Positions 37,220 to 48,139 of a DNA stretch of 64,000 nt are shown here, piece after piece. Source of the DNA: Bacteroidota bacterium (GTDB lineage: Bacteria; Bacteroidota; Bacteroidia; Palsa-948); assembly GCA_016195025.1 (NCBI GenBank), contig JACQAL010000036.1, forward strand, positions 19,411 to 83,410, given 5' to 3'. Every line of letters starts with the position of its first letter. Position 1 is the stretch's first letter. Made by a program: the position numbers and the translations under genes. The notes beneath the pieces were generated by a model that was given only the letters and a program-made list of their open reading frames with translations, was not told where the DNA came from and ran no database searches.

Positions 37220-39294
37220 CTTCTCTGCTTTTTTTCCGATTTTACTTCGTAAATTATTTTCACCAGAATTTCTCTCGATGGTCCAGGCAGCGGGGCATGA
37301 TAGCCGTTGTAGGGCTGAATGAATTTATATTTCGAATCAAGAATATCGTAACATCCTGCGCCAACTGTTAATCCCTTCACGCCAAAATTTCCGACATTGA
37401 TAAAAAAATTTGCAAGAAGAATTGATGGAAATTTTTCGAGAACAGAATTTTCTGCGCTGTCAATAGTAGAATAACCGTAACGCGCTCCTATGTAAGAAAG
37501 AGTGGTAGAAATTCCAAAATGTTTTCCCGCCTTGAACCACGCGCTTACATTTGCTTTATGCGAGGGAAAAGAAAGCAGCATATCAAAATGCCCGGGCACA
37601 GAATAGTCGGCAATTTTCTTTTTTTGTGAAACGGTATAAAAGGAATAATTGGCAATCAGATATCCCCATTTATCCCGCACCCGGTATTCAAGTTCCATGC
37701 CTGTGCTTCCGGCTTCTCCGTAATTTTTATAGTTGTCGGTGTAGAGGGAATCATTGAAATAATATACGATGGGATTTTTTGTGGTGATGTCAAAAACATT
37801 TGCTGTGAAAAGTGATTTGCGCGTGAGTTGGTAGCCAATTTCAAATTCTTTTACCGAAGTGTATTCCGGTTTGATTGAATCATGCCCGAGATTTATATTT
37901 TCAATAGATGGAGCCCTGAATGAATTGCTGTAAAGCAATTTAAAATGAAACCGGTTTATTTTTTTTGTAAGGCCGATTCGCGGGGCAAAAGCAGAACCAT
38001 AATCGCTATGAATATCGTAGCGCGCTCCCAGAATAAAATTTACAAACCGGGTTTTTGCCAGGCATTGAAGAAAGTATGCCTGATTAAAATAACTGACTGT
38101 TTTTTTTCCGTTGTAAAATTTTCCGCTGTCGCTTTGGTCAACTGCTTTTTCGGAATATGCTTCAACTCCTGCAATGAAATTTATTTTACGGGTGAGATTA
38201 TAGGAGGCAGTAATATTTCCGGTGAAACGCTGTGCTGCCTTGTTGTAATTTTCTGCAAGCGTATCAATGTTGGTAATAGTTTGCCAGGGAGTTTGACTTT
38301 TTATATTCAACTTTGGCGTGATGGTTAATTTTTTTTTCTTTCCGGCAACTGCAGCATATTTCAATTCAAAAAAATGTGATTTAAAATCCAGCGGATAAGC
38401 AAAAGTTTTTATGGAATCATACGAATCGCGCGTAGTGGTTTGATACAAATCCAAAATCCACCGCGCGCTGAATCCCTTATACGCCATTCCGGCATTGATG
38501 TGTGTGGGATTTAGTTGGGAATTCCCCGTCATGTTGTAACTGTTTCCATACAGGTCAGAATAATTTTGATCACTCCGGTTCGCGCTCCCGACAAAAGCGC
38601 CAATAGTAAACTCAAAATCTTTTTTTATTTTTCCGGCAGAGAGATTAAAATTTCTTCTGCCCGTTGCGCTTTCCATCTGCCCGTAAGTTCCCGTTAGTGA
38701 AATGCCCGGCAAATCAACTGCGCTTTTAGTAATGATGTTAATCACTCCGTATTCCGCGAAGCCACCATAGATGGCAGAGCCCGGACCGCGCATCACTTCA
38801 ATTTTTTTTATCTGGTCAACCGGAAAATGATTTCCGAATTGATTGGTGGCGAAAAGAAGTTCATTCATTTCCTGCCCATCGAGCAGTACGAGCATTTTTC
38901 CTTCGTGCGCCCACAATCCGCGCGTGCCAAGTCCCACCACGCCTTCCACATCCACACCGAAATCAATTCCGGGAACCAAACGCAACACGTCAATTAAATC
39001 TCGCGCGCCTGAGTTACGAATTTCCTCATCAGTAATAAGGGTAACAATTCCGGGTGACTCGCGCGCGGTGAGTGGTTTTTTTGATGCAGCAAGAATGAGC
39101 TGATTGATGAGTTCTTCCAGTTCGGAAGGAACACCGTGAGCTTTCAGCGTGAGCAATTGCTCCAGCGACATTTCAAAATAATCGAACGTGTCTTTTGGAA
39201 GAACAGTCGGCTGAAAATTTTGCTGTGAGAATCCTTCGACTTCGCTCAGGATAACAAATGAAAGAGAAAATAAAAAAGAAAAAAATAGTTTCAT
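37216..39294 (-). CDS. TonB-dependent receptor
   Basis: MSLEQLL, plug IRNSGARDLIDVLRLVPG, IEVMRGPGSAIYG...GVINIIT. Confidence 0.93.
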   Translation of the reverse strand: MKLFFSFLFSLSFVILSEVEGFSQQNFQPTVLPKDTFDYFEMSLEQLLTLKAHGVPSELEELINQLILAASKKPLTARESPGIVTLITDEEIRNSGARDLIDVLRLVPGIDFGVDVEGVVGLGTRGLWAHEGKMLVLLDGQEMNELLFATNQFGNHFPVDQIKKIEVMRGPGSAIYGGFAEYGVINIITKSAVDLPGISLTGTYGQMESATGRRNFNLSAGKIKKDFEFTIGAFVGSANRSDQNYSDLYGNSYNMTGNSQLNPTHINAGMAYKGFSARWILDLYQTTTRDSYDSIKTFAYPLDFKSHFFELKYAAVAGKKKKLTITPKLNIKSQTPWQTITNIDTLAENYNKAAQRFTGNITASYNLTRKINFIAGVEAYSEKAVDQSDSGKFYNGKKTVSYFNQAYFLQCLAKTRFVNFILGARYDIHSDYGSAFAPRIGLTKKINRFHFKLLYSNSFRAPSIENINLGHDSIKPEYTSVKEFEIGYQLTRKSLFTANVFDITTKNPIVYYFNDSLYTDNYKNYGEAGSTGMELEYRVRDKWGYLIANYSFYTVSQKKKIADYSVPGHFDMLLSFPSHKANVSAWFKAGKHFGISTTLSYIGARYGYSTIDSAENSVLEKFPSILLANFFINVGNFGVKGLTVGAGCYDILDSKYKFIQPYNGYHAPLPGPSREILVKIIYEVKSEKKQRR

Positions 39295-39371
39295 GGGGAA
39301 TCAAAAATAGAAATTAAAACGCAAAATGTTTAACTGGCACGAAAAATGAAATCAACAATCGTAAAATGAAA

Positions 39372-40112
39372 TTATTCTGTTTCTTTCAGCGTGAGCGAAG
39401 CGAGAATCCAGAGAATGAAAATGTAACCGCCAAGTATAGCAAAGTCCGCATAAGTTGAACTTAAATCGTAATCCGGTTTGATGATTTCGTGAATGATATT
39501 TACTGCGTAGTGGAGCGGAAGACAATCTCCAACAATTTCTGCCCATTTTGGAAGTCCGCTCGGGTCAACAATTAATCCTGTGAGAAATACGGAAGGAAGA
39601 ACAATCAGAGGAATGAATGGGAACACATGTCCTTCATGTTTTGCAAACGTGGAAACAAAAATTCCTAACATGACAGAAACAATTGCCAGCAGCCAGATGA
39701 CAATGAAAAGCATAACGACTGTTTTCGTTTCGTAATCTAATTCAAACAGCCAGATGGTTTCGAAAAGAACTGCCGTTGCCTGCAAAGTTGCCAGCCCGAA
39801 ATAGCCAAGCGTGTATCCTCCAATGATGGACATTTTTGAAAATCCCCCAATCATCATTCGTTCAAGCGTTCCGCGTGTTCTTTCCTGTACCAAAAGAATA
39901 GCGCAGAGAATAAAACTTAGGAAATGCACTATGAACGCGCTCATGGGAATTGTAAAGCTGGTATAAGAAATAAAAGGGTTGGCAGGAAATGTGTCGAATA
40001 AAAGTTTAAGCAAGTAAATAATGATGAGCGGGGCAATGATGGAGAGGGCTAAAAATCTTTTGTCGCCTTTCAATTGGCTGAGTACTCGTCCCGCTATGAT
40101 AAATGTGTTCAT
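39372..40112 (-). CDS. ABC-2 type transporter permease
   Basis: ERTRGTLER, six TM segments, PLHYA. Confidence 0.9.
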   Translation of the reverse strand: MNTFIIAGRVLSQLKGDKRFLALSIIAPLIIIYLLKLLFDTFPANPFISYTSFTIPMSAFIVHFLSFILCAILLVQERTRGTLERMMIGGFSKMSIIGGYTLGYFGLATLQATAVLFETIWLFELDYETKTVVMLFIVIWLLAIVSVMLGIFVSTFAKHEGHVFPFIPLIVLPSVFLTGLIVDPSGLPKWAEIVGDCLPLHYAVNIIHEIIKPDYDLSSTYADFAILGGYIFILWILASLTLKETE

Positions 40113-40973
40113 TTATTTTTTTTCGCTTTCTTCTTTTTCTCTTACAATCGCAAGAATAATATCTTCAATATTATCTGAATGGAGTTCAATGGATGAAATA
40201 TTTTTCTCTAATCCGAACTTTTTCAATTCATTTGCCAAACTTTCCGGAGTAGATTCAATAATTGATTCTTTTGTTTCATTTCCCGAATGGATTTTCATTT
40301 TTGTTTTTCCCCGCTCTAATATTTTCTGCGGAGTGTCCACTGCAAGAATTTCCCCGTTGCGCAGAATGGTGACTTTGTCGCAGAGCATTGCTTCATCCAT
40401 CAAATGTGTGCTGATAAAAAGCGTAACTCCTTTGTCGGCAAGTTTGCGGAATAAAATCCAGGATTGCATTTTCAGGTGAGGGTCAACTGCGGCAGTCGGC
40501 TCGTCCAGGAAAAGAATTTTCGGGTCATGCACCAGCGCACAGCAGAGCGAAACTCTTTTTTTCATTCCGCCAGAAAAAGTTCCGACTTTATCATTTGCCC
40601 GAGAAGTCAGTTCAGCGAAAGAAATAATTTCATCTGTTTTCTTTTTTAAATCCGAAACATTCTGCGCTTTGCCGAAAAATAAAATATTATTTTTTGCGGA
40701 AAGGTCATCGTACAGTGCAGGACTTTGCGGCATATAGCCGATTTGCTTTCGGAGTTTCCATTTGTCTTTGAGCGGGTCAAGCCCTAAAACTTTTGAGGAG
40801 CCATCAGTTGGTCGAAGCGAACCAACCAGCGCTTTTATCAGCGTAGTTTTTCCTGCGCCATTCGGTCCAACCAATCCATAAATAGTTCCTTCGGGAACAT
40901 CGAGGTTGACATTATTAAGCGCGCGGAGTTTTCCGTAGGATTTTGAAAGGCTTTTTATCTCGACTGCGTTCAC
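40113..40973 (-). CDS. ABC transporter ATP-binding protein
   Basis: GPNGAGKT, FSGGMKKR, LFLDEPT. Confidence 0.95.
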   Translation of the reverse strand: MNAVEIKSLSKSYGKLRALNNVNLDVPEGTIYGLVGPNGAGKTTLIKALVGSLRPTDGSSKVLGLDPLKDKWKLRKQIGYMPQSPALYDDLSAKNNILFFGKAQNVSDLKKKTDEIISFAELTSRANDKVGTFSGGMKKRVSLCCALVHDPKILFLDEPTAAVDPHLKMQSWILFRKLADKGVTLFISTHLMDEAMLCDKVTILRNGEILAVDTPQKILERGKTKMKIHSGNETKESIIESTPESLANELKKFGLEKNISSIELHSDNIEDIILAIVREKEESEKK

Positions 40974-40988
40974 GTTGTAAAAATAAAA

Positions 40989-43900
40989 TTATTTGCCGAC
41001 TAATTTTTTCAATCCGGTTTTCCAATTAGAAGCAATCAGGTACATTACGGGAACAAGAATCAATGTCAAAAATGTAGCAAACCCTAAACCAAAAATCATT
41101 GTCCACGAAAGAGGTCCCCAGAATGCAACGCTGTCTCCGCCAAAAAATAAATGCGGATTTAATTTTGTAAAGAGAGTTACGAAATCAATGTTCAGTCCCA
41201 CAGCTAACGGAATCAATCCGAGAATAGTTGCAGACGCAGTGAGAATTACCGGAGTCATTCTCGTTCTTCCCGCTTCGATGATTGCCTCGCGCACAGGCAT
41301 TCCCTGTTCTATCATCAGGTCTGTAAATTCTACGAGAAGAATTCCGTTCCGCACTACGATTCCTGCGAGCGCAACAATTCCGATTCCTGTCATCACGATA
41401 GACATATCCATTTTGAATATTGAAACCCCCAGCAAAACCCCGATTACACTGAAGAAAATTTCTGTGAGAATGATAAAGGGTTTGCTGACAGAATTAAATT
41501 GCAGGACAAGAATTAAAATAATAAGTCCTATGGAAGTGAGAAGCGCGCCACCGAGGAACGAAGCAGTTTCCTTTTGTTCTTCCTGTTCCCCTGCCATTAT
41601 AATGGAAACTCCATCGGGCGCTTTGAATTTGTTTACTTCCTTTTGCATTTTCGCTACCACTTCGTTCGGATTAAAATTGCTAAGAACATTCGAGCCAAGG
41701 GTGATAATGCGTTTCTGATTTTTTCTTTTTATTCCCGAAAAAGTATTTTCATAGCGGATATCTGCAAAAGCGGAAAGCGGAACCTGGCGAATCATTCCGT
41801 TCATTGCCATGTCGCGGTAAACGATGGTGAGATTTTTAAGCGCGTCAATATTATTTCTTTGCTCGGAAAGATAACGAACCTGAATCGGGTATTCATCTTC
41901 CAAATCTCGGAACTTGGATGTTCTGTCCAAACCAAAAACGGCCTTTCTGATTTCAGAAGCAATTTGTCCTACAGAAATTCCTTCGCGGTTGGCACGCTCG
42001 CGGTTGATGTCAAAAACAATTTCCGGTTTGTTATCCTGGAAATCAGATTTTAATTCTTCCACGCCATCAATATGAATTGAATCGAGATAATGTTTTAATT
42101 TTTTTGACGACTTCATTAAATCTTTCAAATCATCTCCGGTGATTTCAATTGAAATCGGTTTGGATGTCGGAGGTCCCGCGCGTTCCTGGTCAACTGTAAT
42201 TTCTGCTCCGGCAATTCCCCGCACAGCCGCGCGAACTTTATCAAGATAAGCAGAAGTAGATTCTCCGTTTCTTTCCGCATAAGGAACAAAAGCGATTTGC
42301 AGTTTTCCTTTATTAGGATATGGACTTTGATCTTCATCCTGCGGATCGGTAACGCTGATAGTCACGTTTGTGATAATAGATTGCACGATTGGATTTTGTT
42401 TTCCACCGGGATAAACAACATTGTTCACGCGCTTCTCCACATCTTTCATCACTTCGTTCGTGTAGGCAGGATCTGTGCCGATGGGAAGAGAAACATATAC
42501 GAAAACAAAATTCGGCTGCCCTTTCGGAAAGAAAACAACTTTTGGAGAACGAACCATCATAAGTACAATGGAGAAAATAAAAATTCCAACGGTTGCGAAC
42601 ATTGTTTTCCATGGATTGTTCAACGCGCGTGAAAGAAAACGTTTATATCGCTCGGTAGCTGCAGGCCAGACTTTTTCCTGGAATTTTTTCACCCAGTTCT
42701 CTATAAAAAATCTATAAAGTAAATTCAGAGCGAGCATGAGAATGAGAAAGTTTCCCATTCCGATATTTCTTCCGAGATAAAATAATAACGCCAGAACGAT
42801 AAAAATTATCGAAGTGATTTTCGCTCCGCGTGTCCATTTCGATTTATTGTGTTCGTTTTCATCGTGCGGTTTCATAAATCTCACAGCGAAAACAGGATTA
42901 ATAATATACGCAACGAGAAGCGAAGCCATTAATGTTATGATGAGCGTGATAGGAAGGAAAAACATAAATTTTCCGATAACACCTTTCCAGAATGCGAGCG
43001 GAATAAATGGCGCGAGCGTAGTCAGAGTTCCTGAAAGTACGGGAAGAAAAACTTCTCCGGCTGCCATCTTAGCAGCTTCTTTGATATTTCTTTTTCCGTT
43101 TCTGAAAATGCGGTGAGTATTTTCAATGACCACAATTGCGTCATCCACCACAATTCCCAGAGCAAGCAAAAACGCAAAGAGCACAATCATATTCATTGTG
43201 AAACCAATGCTCGGCATAATCAGGAACGCGATGAACATGGAAAGCGGAACGGACATCGCTACGAAAATTGCGTTGGTCGCGCCCATAAAAAACATGAGGA
43301 TGATTGTTACGAGAATAAATCCTATGACAATTGTATTTATCAAATCATGAAGTGTAATACGCGTTCTGTCAGATTGGTCGCCTGTGAGAACAATATTTAA
43401 ATCTTTCGGAAAATCTTTTTCTTTCATCTCATCTACGATGTTTCGGATTTTGTCGCTCGCTTCAATCAGATTAAATCCTGCGCGTTTCACCACGCTGAGC
43501 GTTATTACATTTTTTCCACCGAGCCGCGCAAAACTTTCCTGCTCGTGAAAAGTGTCTTTCACTTCAGCAATGTCTTTCAGATAAATCGCAGCGCCTGTAG
43601 GAGATTTTATAATAAGATTCTTTAATTCATCAATGGTCTTGAATTCTTTTTTCACATTGAGTGTGCGTTGCATGCCTTCCATTTTCACTGTTCCTCCGGA
43701 CATATTCAGGTTTTCAGAACCGACCGCGCGTTCAATATCTCCGAGAGAAATCTGCGCTGCCTGAGTTTTGTACATGTTAACATTAATTTGAATTTCTCTG
43801 TTGAGTGCGCCAATCAAATCCACTCGCGTGATTTCTTTCATCTCCTCAATTTTATCTTTGAGTTTGTCTGCGTATTTTTTCAGTTTGTTCAAATCAAAAT

Positions 43901-44360
43901 CTCCGGAAAGATTCACGAACATAATCGGGAGTTCGGAAAAATTAATATCAATTACGTTAGGTTCGTGCGGCAAATCATTCGGTAAATCAGATTTTGCTTT
44001 GTCCACTCCGTCTTTCACTTTTTGTTTCGCTATGGCAATATTTACATCTGTGCTGAACTCTACAATCACATTTGAATAATCCTGGAAAGAATTGCTGGTG
44101 ATTTTTTTCACACCAGAAATAGATTTCATTTGCTTTTCAATTGGTTTAGTCACCAGGTTTTCCATATTAGCAGGTGAAGTGCCGGGATAAACGGTGCTCA
44201 CATAAATTTTCGGCAGAACAATTTCCGGAAAACTTTCCTTCGGAATATTATTGTAAGCGAAAATTCCTGCCAACGTAATAATTACCGTGAGCACAAAAAC
44301 AGTCGTGCGGTTATTTATCGCCCATGTGCTTGGTTTAAATTCTTTATTGAGGTCTTCCAT
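40989..44360 (-). CDS. RND efflux permease (AcrB/AcrD/AcrF family)
   Basis: GIVVDDAIVVIEN, GIVVRNGILLV, RMTPVILT. Confidence 0.95.
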   Translation of the reverse strand: MEDLNKEFKPSTWAINNRTTVFVLTVIITLAGIFAYNNIPKESFPEIVLPKIYVSTVYPGTSPANMENLVTKPIEKQMKSISGVKKITSNSFQDYSNVIVEFSTDVNIAIAKQKVKDGVDKAKSDLPNDLPHEPNVIDINFSELPIMFVNLSGDFDLNKLKKYADKLKDKIEEMKEITRVDLIGALNREIQINVNMYKTQAAQISLGDIERAVGSENLNMSGGTVKMEGMQRTLNVKKEFKTIDELKNLIIKSPTGAAIYLKDIAEVKDTFHEQESFARLGGKNVITLSVVKRAGFNLIEASDKIRNIVDEMKEKDFPKDLNIVLTGDQSDRTRITLHDLINTIVIGFILVTIILMFFMGATNAIFVAMSVPLSMFIAFLIMPSIGFTMNMIVLFAFLLALGIVVDDAIVVIENTHRIFRNGKRNIKEAAKMAAGEVFLPVLSGTLTTLAPFIPLAFWKGVIGKFMFFLPITLIITLMASLLVAYIINPVFAVRFMKPHDENEHNKSKWTRGAKITSIIFIVLALLFYLGRNIGMGNFLILMLALNLLYRFFIENWVKKFQEKVWPAATERYKRFLSRALNNPWKTMFATVGIFIFSIVLMMVRSPKVVFFPKGQPNFVFVYVSLPIGTDPAYTNEVMKDVEKRVNNVVYPGGKQNPIVQSIITNVTISVTDPQDEDQSPYPNKGKLQIAFVPYAERNGESTSAYLDKVRAAVRGIAGAEITVDQERAGPPTSKPISIEITGDDLKDLMKSSKKLKHYLDSIHIDGVEELKSDFQDNKPEIVFDINRERANREGISVGQIASEIRKAVFGLDRTSKFRDLEDEYPIQVRYLSEQRNNIDALKNLTIVYRDMAMNGMIRQVPLSAFADIRYENTFSGIKRKNQKRIITLGSNVLSNFNPNEVVAKMQKEVNKFKAPDGVSIIMAGEQEEQKETASFLGGALLTSIGLIILILVLQFNSVSKPFIILTEIFFSVIGVLLGVSIFKMDMSIVMTGIGIVALAGIVVRNGILLVEFTDLMIEQGMPVREAIIEAGRTRMTPVILTASATILGLIPLAVGLNIDFVTLFTKLNPHLFFGGDSVAFWGPLSWTMIFGLGFATFLTLILVPVMYLIASNWKTGLKKLVGK

Positions 44361-44369
44361 AAAATTTTC

Positions 44370-45611
44370 TTACACAGGTTTTATTGCGTGAACTTTTTTA
44401 GTAACAAATTGATTTATCATATACATCATCATTACGGTAATTATCATAGCGCCAATCACTACGTAGCCAAGCGTGTCGTAATGCAAAATTTTTCCATTCG
44501 GCATTTGCACTACAATTAATCCTGCAACAGCCGAAGCAATTCCTCCGGAGATTTGCTGAATGGAAGCGTTGACGCTCATAAATGCTCCTCTGTCTTGCGC
44601 ATCGGGAATTGCAGTCATCAGCGCAGAAGCAGGAATGATGCGGGACAAAACTCCAACGAAAAGCAAAACACTTAGGACGACAACAATCCAAAGCGGGGTG
44701 ATGCCGAGGTTGCAATAAATGGCGACTATAATCATTGTAAGAAGCGTTCCCGCTATAAACACATTGAACTTTCCGATTTTGTCGCTCAATCTTCCTGCGA
44801 GCGGGCCAGCTCCAATTGAAAAAATTCCGGTGATCATATATAATAAAGGAAGCTGGTCAAGAGTGATTCCGAGATTGTTCACCGAGAATGCGCTGCCGAA
44901 AGGCATCATCATAAATCCTCCTGTGGCGAGAAGAACGGTTGCGGCAAACGCGCGGAGATAATCTGTTCGCAAAATTGTTTTGTACAAATGCACAAAAGCA
45001 TTCCGGTCAAGTTTCTTTTTTAAATGCTCATCAATTGGTTGCAGATAAAAAAGAATTATGATTCCAATAATAATTCCTAAACCTACAATCATAATGAACG
45101 GTGAATGCCATCCGAAATGATTCGCGAGAAATAATCCGATAGGAAGTCCGAGCACTTGGCTTGCGGAAAATCCCATTTGTACAAAACCCATCACACGCCC
45201 GCGTTTTTCTAATTCAAATAAATCGGTGATGATAGCTGCACCGATTGAACCAATAACTCCGCCAAACATTCCGGTGATGATTCTCGCGCCTAGAAGAAAA
45301 GAATAATTGGGAGCGATTCCGCAGAGAAAAGTTCCAATGAGAAATCCGCTGTAGAAAAACACCAAAAGTTTTTTCCGGTCGAATTTATCCGCAAAACCTG
45401 CAGTGAGCAATCCTGAAATTCCCGCGCTGAAAGCGTAAGCAGAAACTGCAAAACCAAATTGAGTTGTAGTGATGTGCAGAATGGGCAGGAGAATTGCGCT
45501 GAGCGGAGCCATCACCATAAAATCTAAAATTACGGTGAATTGTCCGAGCGTAAGTATCGCAATGACGAATGCCTGGTACTTTGTAAATTTTTTTAAGCTG
45601 CGTGTTTCCAT
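44370..45611 (-). CDS. MFS transporter
   Basis: GFADKFDRKK motif A; about 12 TM segments. Confidence 0.92.
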   Translation of the reverse strand: METRSLKKFTKYQAFVIAILTLGQFTVILDFMVMAPLSAILLPILHITTTQFGFAVSAYAFSAGISGLLTAGFADKFDRKKLLVFFYSGFLIGTFLCGIAPNYSFLLGARIITGMFGGVIGSIGAAIITDLFELEKRGRVMGFVQMGFSASQVLGLPIGLFLANHFGWHSPFIMIVGLGIIIGIIILFYLQPIDEHLKKKLDRNAFVHLYKTILRTDYLRAFAATVLLATGGFMMMPFGSAFSVNNLGITLDQLPLLYMITGIFSIGAGPLAGRLSDKIGKFNVFIAGTLLTMIIVAIYCNLGITPLWIVVVLSVLLFVGVLSRIIPASALMTAIPDAQDRGAFMSVNASIQQISGGIASAVAGLIVVQMPNGKILHYDTLGYVVIGAMIITVMMMYMINQFVTKKVHAIKPV

Positions 45612-45612
45612 T

Positions 45613-46731
45613 TTAGAACTTTATTTCTTCTCCTTCGTTTAATTCCTGGAATCCTTTCGTGATTAATTTATCTCCTTCTTTTAATCCTTCAACGATTTCA
45701 GAATTTCCATTGTATGTTTTTCCAACCTTCACCCGAACTTTTTTTGCTTTGTTTGCATCTGCAACAAAAACAAAATCTCCTTCTTCCGCATGCTGCACAA
45801 CACTTACGGGAGCGATGAACGCTTTTGGATTTGAGTAGTCAATAATTTTTACAACCGCCACCATGTTCGGGTGATAATCTTTTTTATTGTCGAGATTAAT
45901 ATTCACCGTGAAAGTTCTGTTCAATGGAGAAATAACTTTTGCTGCGTAAGAAATTTTTGTTTTTACCGTGTCATTCATGTCAGGAAAAATTATTTCCACA
46001 TCGTTTCCGTTTTTAATTTTTGCCGCATAAGATTCCGCCACCTCTGCTTTCACTTTCAAACTATTCATGTTCACCACGCGAATGGCGGGAAGCCCGGGCA
46101 TGGTTGCTTGCCCGAGTTTAATATCTACTGCATCCACGGTTCCGTCAATCGGAGATTTTATTTTTGTCATTTCAATTTGCTGTTGCAAACTCGCCAATTT
46201 TTTTTCCAAACTTTCTTTTTGATTTTTTGCCTGCAAGTATTGTAACTCGGTTCCGATTTTTTGTTCCCAAAGATTTTTTTGCTTTTCATACATTGTGTTT
46301 GCAAGTTCGAGCCCGCTTTGCAATTCTGCAAGACCTTGCTGCATTGCTTTTGAATCCAGTTCTGCCATCACTTGCCCGCTGTGAACTTCGTCACCCGCTT
46401 TCACATTTATTTTTGAAACAGTTCCTCCCATCTCTGCGTTCACGGAAACATTTTCATCCGCATCTACTTTTCCCTGCACATCAATATAATTATTGAATGT
46501 GCGCGGAACAAGTGCAGTCAACTCAACAGTTTTCGATTTTTCATTTTTCGAAGTGTCATTCTTTGCAATTTCTATTTCCAGTTTGGAGATTTCTCCCTGA
46601 ACGGAAGCCATTACTTTTTTTAAACTATCCAGCTTATGAGTTTTTGTGTCTTTGGATTCATTTTTATTTCCTCCGCAAGCAGAAAAAAATAAAATTGTTC
46701 CGATAAGAATTTTGATTGAGATTTTTTTCAT
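45613..46731 (-). CDS. RND periplasmic adaptor (MFP) lipoprotein
   Basis: Lipobox FSAC; GGTVSKINVKAGD, IKSPIDG, GLKEGD. Confidence 0.93.
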   Translation of the reverse strand: MKKISIKILIGTILFFSACGGNKNESKDTKTHKLDSLKKVMASVQGEISKLEIEIAKNDTSKNEKSKTVELTALVPRTFNNYIDVQGKVDADENVSVNAEMGGTVSKINVKAGDEVHSGQVMAELDSKAMQQGLAELQSGLELANTMYEKQKNLWEQKIGTELQYLQAKNQKESLEKKLASLQQQIEMTKIKSPIDGTVDAVDIKLGQATMPGLPAIRVVNMNSLKVKAEVAESYAAKIKNGNDVEIIFPDMNDTVKTKISYAAKVISPLNRTFTVNINLDNKKDYHPNMVAVVKIIDYSNPKAFIAPVSVVQHAEEGDFVFVADANKAKKVRVKVGKTYNGNSEIVEGLKEGDKLITKGFQELNEGEEIKF

Positions 46732-46748
46732 AAAAAAAATTTCTTCTT

Positions 46749-48137
46749 TTATTTTATTGTTCCTGTTGCTTTATCGTAATCTACTTTTGAAATCAAGGCA
46801 TCATACAAAGCGTTATAGTAATTTGTTTGCGCTTCGGTGAGCGATGTTTGCGCAGTCATCACTTCGAGGTTTGAGCCAACGCCCTGTTCGTATTTTATTT
46901 TGGTTGTTTTGTAAACCGATTCAGCGAGCTCGATATTTTTTTTCTGAGTTTCAAGCGAAGCGGCAGCATTCTGCAGGTTAATTTTTGCCGATGAAATTTC
47001 CAGATCAATTCCCTGCTGAATCATCTTCAGATTATTTTCTGCTTTCAGTAAATCTATTTTTGATTGCTGAATTCGGTAATGATTCTGGAAGCCGTCAAAA
47101 ATCCCAACGTTGATTCGCGCTCCGACAATTATGGTTGGGTACCATCCTTTTTTCGTATCAAAAAAATCAAACTTGGTGCGGTAAGCATTTGCGCTTGCAC
47201 TTCCGAAAAGAGCTGCACTGGGCAAATAGCGCATCCTGTTTCTTTTCAGATTTAATTGTGAAACGTTTTTCTGAGTTTGCAGAAGAGAGTATTCAATTCT
47301 TTTTCCGTAATCACATTTATCGGAAGAAATTTCAGGAGCAAATTTTATATCTGAAAGTTTGTCGCTAAGCGAAAGAGCTGCCATTTGATCCATTCCAATC
47401 TGAAATTTCAGCAAGGCAATTCCCAACTGCTGAAGGCGCTGTATTTTTTCTTTCTCCACTAAAAGGTTATTATAGGTAACCGTGATTCTGTCCAAATCAA
47501 TTTTTTCCGCAACTCCGTTTTCATTCAGCGCTTTTGTAGTTTCCATCAGGGTTTTTATACGCGCAATGTTTGCGTCAACGAGTTTTGTCCGCTCATCATT
47601 CACAAGCACGGAGTAATATGCTTTCGTTACAGAAACCGAAACATCAATCTTGGTTCGCTGTGTTGCTTTGCGCGAAAGTTCCAGGTAAGTTTTTGCTGCT
47701 TGCAAGCCGACTAAATAATCGCTGTTGAAAACAAGTTGAGTTGCATCAATTCCTGCAGAAGAAGAATACGGCAATCCGAATTTCACCGCCATGTATGCAT
47801 CAGAAGGCGCAAAAGGATTAAATGCTTTTGCGGGAATCACCGTTGTGGGAATTTCCAGAAAATCATTTGCCGTTACACTTCCATTTACCTGCGGCAAACC
47901 GATGCCTCTTGTTTCTCTTACTTTCATTTTTGCGCTTTGTTCATCGTAGGCAGCATTCTGCACCTGCGTTTGATTTTTCATAGCGAAATCAATTGCCTGC
48001 TGAAGCGAGAAAGAATATTTTTTGGTGTCTCTTTGATTTTGTGAGAAAGAAAAATTGCAAAGAGAGGAAAAGAAAACTGCTGTTACAATTTGTAATTTGT
48101 TCCCGATAGCTATCGGGATTGTAATTTGTAATTTCAT
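46749..48137 (-). CDS. TolC-family outer membrane channel
   Basis: SLQQAIDFA, TKAYY, KYEQGVGSNLEV. Confidence 0.93.
   Translation of the reverse strand: MKLQITIPIAIGNKLQIVTAVFFSSLCNFSFSQNQRDTKKYSFSLQQAIDFAMKNQTQVQNAAYDEQSAKMKVRETRGIGLPQVNGSVTANDFLEIPTTVIPAKAFNPFAPSDAYMAVKFGLPYSSSAGIDATQLVFNSDYLVGLQAAKTYLELSRKATQRTKIDVSVSVTKAYYSVLVNDERTKLVDANIARIKTLMETTKALNENGVAEKIDLDRITVTYNNLLVEKEKIQRLQQLGIALLKFQIGMDQMAALSLSDKLSDIKFAPEISSDKCDYGKRIEYSLLQTQKNVSQLNLKRNRMRYLPSAALFGSASANAYRTKFDFFDTKKGWYPTIIVGARINVGIFDGFQNHYRIQQSKIDLLKAENNLKMIQQGIDLEISSAKINLQNAAASLETQKKNIELAESVYKTTKIKYEQGVGSNLEVMTAQTSLTEAQTNYYNALYDALISKVDYDKATGTIK
48101..48118. repeat. Perfect 18-bp palindrome TCCCGATAGCTATCGGGA, in frame in tolC (IPIAIG)
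   Basis: Direct reading; embedded in TTGTAAT heptamer units. Confidence 0.8.
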
Positions 48138-48139
48138 AA

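Noticed and set aside
40993-44079. Long antisense ORFs over the RND gene (and similar ones over other genes)
   Set aside because: Shadow frames of well-supported genes on the opposite strand
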